Positions 51,741 through 58,843 of a DNA stretch of 58,843 nt are shown piece by piece. The DNA is from a virus (lineage: Duplodnaviria > Caudoviricetes). Within the stretch, counting starts at the first letter, position 1, and the number at the start of each line of letters is the position of its first letter. Both the position numbers and the translations under genes were made by a program. The notes below the pieces were generated by a model. That model was not told where the DNA came from. It was given only the letters and a program-made list of their open reading frames with translations, and ran no database searches. Where the stretch lies: positions 1 through 58,843 of the IMG/VR virus record IMGVR_UViG_3300036793_000038; one strand, written 5' to 3'.

Positions 51741-52465
51741 CAGAAGTAACCTCCAGCCTTGTTGTTCTGCGCCCGGCTGACCTGTTCGGCCGCGCCGTAG
51801 TTCGCCGCCACCGACTTGGCTACCGACTGGTAGGACGAGAGCACCGACCGCAGGCTGTGCAGCGTCGCCTTCATCGCGTCACGGGCCATCGTCGCCCGCA
51901 TCATCGCCTCGTACTGCGGTTCGACCTCGCCAATAGCACGCGCCTTGCGCCACTCCGCGTCGCCGCCGGACTGCCGGGCCAGGGCACGGCTGAACGCCAT
52001 CGTGTAGACCATCGTGGCCTCGTGCGTGGAGGCGATCAGGGCGGCCTCGAACACGATGCCCCGCTCCAGCCGGGCGGTCGCGTCCAGAATGTGCTGCTCG
52101 ACCTCCTTGGGGCCGTACGGCAGCGTCGGGTCGATCAGGTCGACGCGGGCCACGATCGGGTTGACCTCGCGCTGCACCAGCTCGCGACCAGCCTTGACCA
52201 GGCGTGACTCCTGCTCCTCGTCCGGTGCCGCGATCTGCAAGGCCCCGGCCTGTGCGCCCTCGGCGACCGCCTCGGCCGCGTCCACGGCGGTCGCCGGGTT
52301 GCCCAGCTCCTCGTCCAGGTCCTCGAACCGCACACCGAACTTGTGCCCGCAGGCGCACACCACCCCGTCCTCCGGGTCGTAGTAGGGCATCTCGTGGTGG
52401 GCGTGCTGCCCGTCCCCGCGCTTGGCGACGGAACGGAGACGGGCAGCGAGGTCGTCCAGGCTCAC
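51740..52465 (-). CDS. Hypothetical coiled-coil protein
   Basis: GTG 52465 overlaps ERF stop; long helical C-terminus. Confidence 0.6.
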   Translation of the reverse strand: MSLDDLAARLRSVAKRGDGQHAHHEMPYYDPEDGVVCACGHKFGVRFEDLDEELGNPATAVDAAEAVAEGAQAGALQIAAPDEEQESRLVKAGRELVQREVNPIVARVDLIDPTLPYGPKEVEQHILDATARLERGIVFEAALIASTHEATMVYTMAFSRALARQSGGDAEWRKARAIGEVEPQYEAMMRATMARDAMKATLHSLRSVLSSYQSVAKSVAANYGAAEQVSRAQNNKAGGYF

Positions 52466-54210
52466 GTGGTGCTGGCCAGCGTCCGGCCCGTGGCGATCAG
52501 CCACGAGCGCAGCGGTTTCTGCTGGTCCTTGATCTGCAACTCCACCGTCATCAGGCCCTCTTTGTTGGCCTGCTCGATGATGCCGTTGAGCTTCTCCAGG
52601 GTGACGCCGGGCGCGCTGGCTGCCTGGTACGCCCGCACGGCCCGCTCCGCCTTCTTGCGACTGTCCTCATTCTCGTCCGAGGCGGCCAGGGCTGCGTTCT
52701 GCTGTCCCGCCAGGGTCGTCTCGGACGAAGTCGGCAGTGGGCGAGTCCACGGGTCATCGGTCGGCACTGCGCCCTCGGCCATTTGGACGTCGTCGGGCAC
52801 GTCACCGGCTGGTGCCGTCCACGGTGGCGTGTCCTCGACCGGACGGGCGCCCAGGCCATCGGACAGCGACTGCTGCGCCTGTGCCAGCGGGTCGCCTGCC
52901 GGGGCGGGAGCGGCCGACTGAGCCACCGGAGGGACCGTCTCGGCAGCGGTGTCCTGTTCGGCCCGGCGACGTTCCGCCTGCCTCGCCTCGAATGCCTCAC
53001 GGGCCTGCCGGGCTGCCGGCGTCTCGTTGCCGGACACCCGCACCGTCGGCTCCGGGGCCGCGTCACCCTGACCGGGTCGGTCGCTGTCCGGGTCCGGCTC
53101 CCCGTTGCCCAGCAGGAACGCCTGGTCCAGGGCAGCCTTCAGGGCCATCGTCATCGCCTTGCGGGTGGCCTTGTCGGTCATGTCCCGGCCCTCACCCTGC
53201 GCCTCGAACACCACCGTGGAGCCGTCGGCCAGCGAGGTGAACTGGTACCGCACCGTCAGGTACGCGGAGGTCCACTCCTGCTTGCCGTCGTTGATCTCCC
53301 GGTGGTGGTACTGCCGGTCGGTGACCTGCGACTGGATCATGATGCCGTGCCGGCGGAACGCGGCCCCCAGGTCCTCGGCCTGGTCGTCGTACGTGCGGTA
53401 GCTGTACTGCTGGTCGGCTGTCCGGCCCTTCATCTCGCCGTGCTTGCCGATGCCCTCGACCTCGCGCATCACCTGCCAGATCGCCGGCAGGATGGCCTGC
53501 GCGTACCCAGTCGGCCCGTACAGCTGACCGGACGGTGCCGGCATCGTCGCCGTGTGGGCGGCCAGCTCGTCATTGAGCACGGCGGACGCCTCCTCCATCT
53601 CGATGACCAGACGCTCGGTGGTGCGTTCCATCTCCACGGCCGACTCCTCGACCGCGTGCAGGCGGTCCAGGATCGAGATATCGTCCATGCCGCCCGCCTC
53701 GTCGCGCGCCGTGTTCAGCCGGGCGACGTCCTCGGCCACGGCGTCCAGCCGGGCAATCAGGTCGGTGACCGCGAGGTCGGCCGATGTGTCCGCACCGCCG
53801 ATCTCGGCCAGCAGGCCAGCCTGTGCGGCCAGCTTCTCGTTGACGTCCTTCGCGATCGAGTCGACACGGGCGCGGATGCGGCCCTCGGCGACCTCGATCA
53901 TGGCCCGGAACGCGGCAGCCTTGGGGCCGTCATCGACCTGCACGGCCGGGGGGATCGGCTCGCCCGCGAGGAACGCGCTCAACTGCGGGGTGTCCGCCTT
54001 GTCGACCGTGATGCGGGGCACGCCATTGGCGTCGACGCGGGTCTGGAACTTCAGGTCCGGCAGTGCCTCGACCAGGTTCTTGCTGAAGCGCTCCAGCCAG
54101 CCCTGGTCAACGGTGATGCCCTCGGGCACCGGAATGGGGATGATCAGGCCGTCCGGGAACCGGTCGGCGTCCGGGTTGGTGTCGTCGCTCTTACGCGTGC
54201 GAGGGGGCAT
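52462..54210 (-). CDS. ERF-family ssDNA-annealing recombinase with long N-terminal coiled coil
   Basis: Start ATG 54210; VM.EV.GIGK, Y.YR..DD, GEG.D..DKA..KAMT.A.K.AL...FL, DPD. Confidence 0.85.
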   Translation of the reverse strand: MPPRTRKSDDTNPDADRFPDGLIIPIPVPEGITVDQGWLERFSKNLVEALPDLKFQTRVDANGVPRITVDKADTPQLSAFLAGEPIPPAVQVDDGPKAAAFRAMIEVAEGRIRARVDSIAKDVNEKLAAQAGLLAEIGGADTSADLAVTDLIARLDAVAEDVARLNTARDEAGGMDDISILDRLHAVEESAVEMERTTERLVIEMEEASAVLNDELAAHTATMPAPSGQLYGPTGYAQAILPAIWQVMREVEGIGKHGEMKGRTADQQYSYRTYDDQAEDLGAAFRRHGIMIQSQVTDRQYHHREINDGKQEWTSAYLTVRYQFTSLADGSTVVFEAQGEGRDMTDKATRKAMTMALKAALDQAFLLGNGEPDPDSDRPGQGDAAPEPTVRVSGNETPAARQAREAFEARQAERRRAEQDTAAETVPPVAQSAAPAPAGDPLAQAQQSLSDGLGARPVEDTPPWTAPAGDVPDDVQMAEGAVPTDDPWTRPLPTSSETTLAGQQNAALAASDENEDSRKKAERAVRAYQAASAPGVTLEKLNGIIEQANKEGLMTVELQIKDQQKPLRSWLIATGRTLASTT

Positions 54211-54676
54211 GGTCGGTGGTCTTCCTGTTCTTGGTCGTGGCCCTGGCCTTACGCCGGGCCTGCGGGTCGTGTTCAAGGCGTCGGAGACGGTTCTTGTCCC
54301 GGATCTCCTGGTTGGGGTACAGCGCGCCGGTCCGGGCGTACGCCTCCAGGCCATCTTCCAGCGCGTAGCTGGGGAAACTACCGGCCGCCTTGATGCGGCC
54401 ACAGGCAGAGGCGTAGTCGGCTCGCGGGGCGGTGAAGCGGACCCGCTTCACGTCACCACGCTGCGTGAGGTAGTTGCGGGGCAGCTCCATGTCCTCGGGC
54501 GGCTGTTCCGAGGACTGTCGGGCCGCTTCCCACAGCACCATACGGGCGACCGCAGACAGCGGTTGGCCCATGCGTCGTGCACGTTCGGTGGCGGCGTCCG
54601 CGACTTCAGACATCACGTACAGCTCAACTGTCCGCGATCCGGCGCCCCCTTCCGGTGTGCGTGTGTTCTGCTCCAT
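54191..54676 (-). CDS. Tandem ribbon-helix-helix DNA-binding protein (candidate regulator)
   Basis: TVELYV-SEVADAATERARRMG-PLSAVARMVL and KRVRFT-RADYASACGRIKAAG-PSYALEDGLEAY. Confidence 0.65.
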   Translation of the reverse strand: MEQNTRTPEGGAGSRTVELYVMSEVADAATERARRMGQPLSAVARMVLWEAARQSSEQPPEDMELPRNYLTQRGDVKRVRFTAPRADYASACGRIKAAGSFPSYALEDGLEAYARTGALYPNQEIRDKNRLRRLEHDPQARRKARATTKNRKTTDHAPSHA

Positions 54677-54683
54677 GATGTGG

Positions 54684-54712
54684 AGTCTACCCCCGAAACG
54701 GGGTGTAGTCTA
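54684..54712. promoter_or_regulatory. Bidirectional box promoter
   Basis: minus: TAGACT-ACACCCCGTTTCGGGGG-TAGACT-N7-ATG(54676); plus: box then TAGTCT-N6-GTG(54718). Confidence 0.75.
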
Positions 54713-54717
54713 GCGAG

Positions 54718-55080
54718 GTGAATCAGAACACCGCTCGCGCCGTCGTCTACGAACGATCACAGGGCTGGTGCGAGGTCGCGCTGCGTGGACACTGCCTCGG
54801 CAGGGCGACGAACTGGCATCATCGCCGGTCGGCCGGCAGGGTCTGGACGCCCGCGAACGGTCTGCACCTGTGCGGGTCCGGGACGATCGGTTGCCATGGC
54901 TGGGTCACCGAGCATCCGCGTCTGGCGATGGCGCGAGGCTGGATCGTGTCCAACTACGTCGCGGCCGACGTCGTCCACCTGGTGCCGGTCGATCTGCGGG
55001 GCGAGCGTGAGGTGCTGCTGCACCCGGTCAAGCCGCTCTACCTCGGTGTGGCGCCCGGCCTGCGAGCAGCCGCTCACTGA
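54718..55080 (+). CDS. HNH endonuclease-like protein (only plus-strand gene)
   Basis: V.ERS.G.CE, HHRR, N.LHLCGSGT.GCHGWV. Confidence 0.85.
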   Translation: MNQNTARAVVYERSQGWCEVALRGHCLGRATNWHHRRSAGRVWTPANGLHLCGSGTIGCHGWVTEHPRLAMARGWIVSNYVAADVVHLVPVDLRGEREVLLHPVKPLYLGVAPGLRAAAH

Positions 55081-55112
55081 CCGGGCGCCGTACACCACCG
55101 ACCAAGGTGTGC

Positions 55113-55409
55113 TCACACAGGGTAACGCGGAGCGGTATTGGAACCCAACACGAGACGGGTTGCCCACGGTGGGAGCTTCGCCTCAATCGCGTGCCAGGCC
55201 GCATACCAGCCCGCCGACGTCGCCACCATCAGCCCCCACTGGATGCCGGTCACGACGAGGTCCGGCAGGTGCAGGCCATGCGTCCCGGCCCAGGCGACCG
55301 CGCCACCCCACGCGCTCGGCACGGCCAGCCGCAGCAGGCCCACACCCCACTCGAACACGCGGTCACGCGAGGGCGCCTCGTCGGCCGCCTCGACTGCCCG
55401 GTGGGTCAC
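55113..55409 (-). CDS. Holin
   Basis: GTG 55409; R.AVP.AWG..VAW, WY..W...E...P.W...LG...P.Y actinophage holin pattern. Confidence 0.7.
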   Translation of the reverse strand: MTHRAVEAADEAPSRDRVFEWGVGLLRLAVPSAWGGAVAWAGTHGLHLPDLVVTGIQWGLMVATSAGWYAAWHAIEAKLPPWATRLVLGSNTAPRYPV

Positions 55410-55729
55410 ACCTGCCGCCGGGCCACGATGCGCCGCCGACGGCGCTCCGCCGCACCCGAGGCGATCCACAGGCCACCGGCCGCCAGCACCCAGAACACGG
55501 CCGCGAACAGACCGTAGAAGATCGCCGACGTGGTGGTCATGTTGCGGATCGGACCGAAGAACACCTTGCTGTACCAGGCCAGCGCGACGAGGCACACCAA
55601 CACCTGGCCGATGCCGAACACCGACCGGTACCACTCGCCGCGCGCCACCACCAAGTACGTGACCAGGTACACCAGCAGAGCAACGGCCGCAGCGGCGAAC
55701 TCCGCGAACAACACGTCCACGCTGACCAT
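55406..55729 (-). CDS. Three-TM membrane protein (holin-associated)
   Basis: Start ATG 55729; W.RS.FG motif, three hydrophobic helices. Confidence 0.65.
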   Translation of the reverse strand: MVSVDVLFAEFAAAAVALLVYLVTYLVVARGEWYRSVFGIGQVLVCLVALAWYSKVFFGPIRNMTTTSAIFYGLFAAVFWVLAAGGLWIASGAAERRRRRIVARRQV

Positions 55730-55923
55730 CAGTGCGCCCTCCCGGCCCGCGACAGCACCCACGCTGCCTCCTCGAATACCGCGTTGGTGCGGTGTCGCTG
55801 CTCCTGGTAACTCAGCTTCGGGTCCAGTCGTTCCCGGATCTCCTTGGCCTCGGCGAGTCGCTGGTCACCCTCGTTGCGCAGGTCGGCGATGTCGTTGCGC
55901 TTACGCTTCCACGGCAGTCGCAT
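55729..55923 (-). CDS. Small lysis-cassette protein
   Basis: 64 aa MRLPWKR..., typical position among lysis membrane genes. Confidence 0.6.
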   Translation of the reverse strand: MRLPWKRKRNDIADLRNEGDQRLAEAKEIRERLDPKLSYQEQRHRTNAVFEEAAWVLSRAGRAH

Positions 55924-55926
55924 GGC

Positions 55927-56223
55927 TCACCCCGGATGGACTGTGGTCGGTGGCAGTGGCGGGGGCGTCGTACCGGCGGCAACAGCGTGATTGGCGCGCA
56001 ACACGGCGCCCAGGAGATCGCTCTCAATGTCGAACTTCTGGACGGGGATCTTGAGTGTGTCGTAAGCCTCTCTGAGCACTGCTGCTGCCGCCTCTGCCTT
56101 GTCCGCTCTGCTGCCAGGAACGATAGCGCCACTGATCCAGGCGATGCCCAAGCTGATCAAGACCGAAACCAGTGCGCCGATGGAAATGCCGAACAGGGTC
56201 CAGGCCAGTGTCGCGTCGCCCAC
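55927..56223 (-). CDS. Membrane protein (lysis cassette)
   Basis: GTG with GAGGGGAG RBS; TM then G.IVP and coiled coil. Confidence 0.6.
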   Translation of the reverse strand: MGDATLAWTLFGISIGALVSVLISLGIAWISGAIVPGSRADKAEAAAAVLREAYDTLKIPVQKFDIESDLLGAVLRANHAVAAGTTPPPLPPTTVHPG

Positions 56224-56299
56224 TACAACTCCCCTCGGCACCGGATGGTTACGCCCAGTATCCCATTTGCTGCTGACCTTTCGCGTTGTCCCACGTAGA

Positions 56300-57130
56300 T
56301 CAGAAACCCTCGATTGTCCGGTCTGTGAACAATGTGACGCTGTGGAACTGAATCGGTTCGCACCACAGCATCACGCCAGCCGCCTGCGACATCCACGCGT
56401 GCACGTCCACCAGCATGAAGTCGCTACCGAGGTCCTGCCAGTTCACGCCGAAGTCCAGTGTCCCCTGCACGAACCCCTCGCCGGTCGTGTGCGCCGTGGA
56501 GATCGTGTTGGAGCCGATGGCGACCGAGACATACCACGTCGTGGTGTGAGCCGGCGCACCCTGGAACGGTGCCGGAACCGTGGTCCCGCTGATCACTGCC
56601 GTGCCGAGCGAGCGCAGGTTGAACAGGAAGTCCAGGTGTCGGCCGACCAGTTGCGAGCGCCCGGACGCCATGACCTGATCCACGGTGCTGTTGCTGTAGC
56701 CGATGTGCCCCATCGGGACCGGGAATCGCGGCCAGCCCCAGCCGCCCTTCTCGCCCTCGTTGAACATGTTGTAGCCGTCGGCGTCGTGCATCTGGATCTT
56801 CTGACGAAGCGGGCCGCCCTGGTACGGGTTGTAGTCGTACAGCTCGTACGCGTAGTTCTGCTTGCTGTCGTCGCGCCGGACTACGAACCCGTTCTGCGGG
56901 CCTGAGCTGCCGTCGGCCCGCTTGAAGTTCGGGTCGCCGGGGAAGAACTCGCCGATCCACAGGAAGTACTGGCCGTAGTGGCCGATCCACTGCATCAGGC
57001 CGGACGTGGTGATCGCGTTCTGCAACGGGTTGCTCACCAGTAGGCCGCCCAGGACGCGCTTCAGGGTGGAGACGTCGCCCACGATGTCGACCGGCTGCGG
57101 CGTGTAGGCCGGTCCCCCGATGTCAGCCAC
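56300..57130 (-). CDS. Minor tail protein
   Basis: 276 aa following the large minor tail gene. Confidence 0.65.
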   Translation of the reverse strand: MADIGGPAYTPQPVDIVGDVSTLKRVLGGLLVSNPLQNAITTSGLMQWIGHYGQYFLWIGEFFPGDPNFKRADGSSGPQNGFVVRRDDSKQNYAYELYDYNPYQGGPLRQKIQMHDADGYNMFNEGEKGGWGWPRFPVPMGHIGYSNSTVDQVMASGRSQLVGRHLDFLFNLRSLGTAVISGTTVPAPFQGAPAHTTTWYVSVAIGSNTISTAHTTGEGFVQGTLDFGVNWQDLGSDFMLVDVHAWMSQAAGVMLWCEPIQFHSVTLFTDRTIEGF

Positions 57131-58843
57131 TCAGTGCCCCCAGGTCGCCGCCGGACATCAGGACCTGCACTTGCTCGCTCTTGTTGCCCTCCGGTGGCGT
57201 CACCACGTACCCGAGGATGCGGGTCAGGAACGAGGCGGCCGGGTTGCCGTTCGCGTCGTCCGGCCAGATCCAGTCGTCGGCGTAGAACAGCGCATCGTCG
57301 CCCAGGTCCCACGTGTCCAAGGTCGGCGGCAGGTCGCCCCGCACGATCAGGCTGGTGACGTACTGCTCGTTCGCGAGGTCCAGCGTGATCTGCGCGTTGG
57401 TGTACGCCTGAAGCGTCCCCTGGTCGCTGATCGTCGTGTTCTGGTACTGGCGTTCGGTCTGGAGGAACCCGACATCCCACTGGCCGCTGTCGACCGCGAG
57501 CGCCTGCACCGCGCTGGACTGGAAACCCGAACCCTGGCCCCACACGATGTTGGCGACCGCGCTGCCGTCATACGCCTGCTTGTACGAGACCACGTTGCCG
57601 GTGCCGTCCTGGCGGGACGTGAACGTGGGTACGGCGTCCCCGTTGGCCACCTGCCGGCCCGTACGCGGGTAGCCCAGGACGAACCCCACCCGGTAGGCGT
57701 TCGCGGCTCCTGCGTCGACCCCGTCCAGCACGCGGACCTCGGTGAACCACTCGTACCCGTTGTCCAGGTTCGAGCGATCCTGGTGGGCCTGCAACAGGGA
57801 CGTCTGCGCGTTGAGCTGGTAGTCGAATGCGCTGATGATCACGTGGGTGGGCACGGTCGGCGGGTCGATTGTGATCCAGCCGGGGAAGTTGCCGTCGTTG
57901 ACCGGCACCTGTGACCACTTCGCCGGGTTGAGCAGGTCGGCCGCGATCTGCTGCTGGTCGACGTTCTGCCAGGCGACCGGCGAGGACACCACGGCGTTGT
58001 TGGTGATCGACTGCGCGACGATGATGCCGGTGGAATCGCTGGTCGAGGTCGACACCAGGCCGACGAACGACAGGTTGCCGGAACCGCCAGCCGCGTTGGC
58101 GACCATCGTCGTCTCGTTCAGCGCCGTCCAGCCGTCCAGGTTGCCGCCGATGACCAGGGCGTTGCCAATGAAGTTGGCTCCCCCGGCCTCGCCGAAAAAG
58201 AACTGCTGGAGATTGAAACCGCTGCCAATCGAAAGTGGGTTGATGAAGATCGAGGGCTGTACCGCATTCGCCCCGGCCGGTGCCGTGTGTGTCGAGGTCA
58301 GGGTGTGGGTGCCGGTACCGGGAGAGAGCACGACCTGCGTCTTGGACAGGAACGTGCCGCCGTTGAACCAGTCGCACTCCATCACCACCGAGAAGGACGC
58401 CCCGGTGAAGTAGACCGCCGACCAGGTGTAGCTCTTGCCGGGCGTGATCGTGGAGCGGATCGCGACCGTGCCGGTGATCATGCGGCGAGCCCACGCCGAC
58501 TCGACCGTGTTGGCCGTGATCGTCATCCGGCCGGTCGCCGGGTCGGCCGGGGCGGACCACACGATGAAGTGGTCCATGACCTTCGGGGTGCGGGCGCCGG
58601 TCGTCGGGTCGGTCGCGGTGCGCACCACCACGATGCCTGTCTTACGGGGGATCACGGTCGCCCACGGGTTGACCGAGCGCACCACGGCGTCGGCGAGCTG
58701 AAGCGTGGCGGTGAGCTGGCCGACCGAGCGGATACCTCGGCTGTACTGCACGCCCGACAGCGGCAGCGGCGTCTGGCTGATCACGGTCGGGTCGCCGTGG
58801 ATGTAGTAGACGGACCAGTAGCTGAACTCGACCTGCTGCGGCT
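57123..58843 (-). CDS. Minor tail (hub/Tal-like, ReqiPepy6 gp37-like) protein with inserted carbohydrate-binding-like domain; starts at 232 across the junction
   Basis: LPLSGV, NG.EW, LGYPR.G, G.G.G, GD, RI.G..V.P motifs. Confidence 0.85.
   Translation of the reverse strand, partial: PQQVEFSYWSVYYIHGDPTVISQTPLPLSGVQYSRGIRSVGQLTATLQLADAVVRSVNPWATVIPRKTGIVVVRTATDPTTGARTPKVMDHFIVWSAPADPATGRMTITANTVESAWARRMITGTVAIRSTITPGKSYTWSAVYFTGASFSVVMECDWFNGGTFLSKTQVVLSPGTGTHTLTSTHTAPAGANAVQPSIFINPLSIGSGFNLQQFFFGEAGGANFIGNALVIGGNLDGWTALNETTMVANAAGGSGNLSFVGLVSTSTSDSTGIIVAQSITNNAVVSSPVAWQNVDQQQIAADLLNPAKWSQVPVNDGNFPGWITIDPPTVPTHVIISAFDYQLNAQTSLLQAHQDRSNLDNGYEWFTEVRVLDGVDAGAANAYRVGFVLGYPRTGRQVANGDAVPTFTSRQDGTGNVVSYKQAYDGSAVANIVWGQGSGFQSSAVQALAVDSGQWDVGFLQTERQYQNTTISDQGTLQAYTNAQITLDLANEQYVTSLIVRGDLPPTLDTWDLGDDALFYADDWIWPDDANGNPAASFLTRILGYVVTPPEGNKSEQVQVLMSGGDLGALSG
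58688..58843. repeat. Terminal direct repeat / circular overlap, right copy
   Basis: Matches 1-156 with 2 mismatches. Confidence 0.95.

Noticed and set aside
8414-54393. Long plus-strand ORFs (e.g. 8414-10732, 11064-12617, 52204-54393)
   Set aside because: Antisense shadows of high-GC3 minus-strand genes, Arg/Gly/Pro-rich with no recognisable motifs.
15432-54712. 30-bp palindromic repeats as a CRISPR array or REP elements
   Set aside because: Dispersed rather than regularly spaced, no cas genes, and they fit -35/N17/-10 promoter geometry on the coding strand.

Overview
The window is an apparently complete, GC-rich (about 70% by eye) actinobacterial siphovirus genome. Bases 1-156 repeat at 58688-58843 with 2 mismatches, giving a 58,687-bp circular unit, and a minor tail gene spans the join. 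All credible genes but one HNH are on the minus strand. Virion genes resemble the Rosebush/cluster-B type (portal-MuF fusion, capsid protease, separate hexamer and pentamer capsid proteins, Ig-tailed major tail protein) and are interrupted by three accessory or replication blocks. I recognised no integrase, DNA polymerase or reverse transcriptase. Highlights: (1) a five-gene post-replicative thymidine hypermodification operon (ParB-like, TET/JBP dioxygenase, amino acid:DNA transferase, FAD oxidoreductase, P-loop kinase); (2) a candidate two-layer anti-CBASS arrangement in the head operon, with an Acb2 sponge in an RHH/CGTATACG cassette and an Acb1-like 2H phosphoesterase fused to the capsid protease, which also has a candidate -1 frameshift extension; (3) about 16 promoters carrying a CACCCC-N5-GGGGTG palindrome, with a tandem-RHH candidate regulator; (4) two unusual RNA candidates, a tRNA-like RNA with an enlarged anticodon arm and a ~170-nt leader closed by a perfect 16-bp stem; (5) three glycosyltransferases plus a cytidylyltransferase. 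All protein assignments are by motif recognition from memory; no searches were run.
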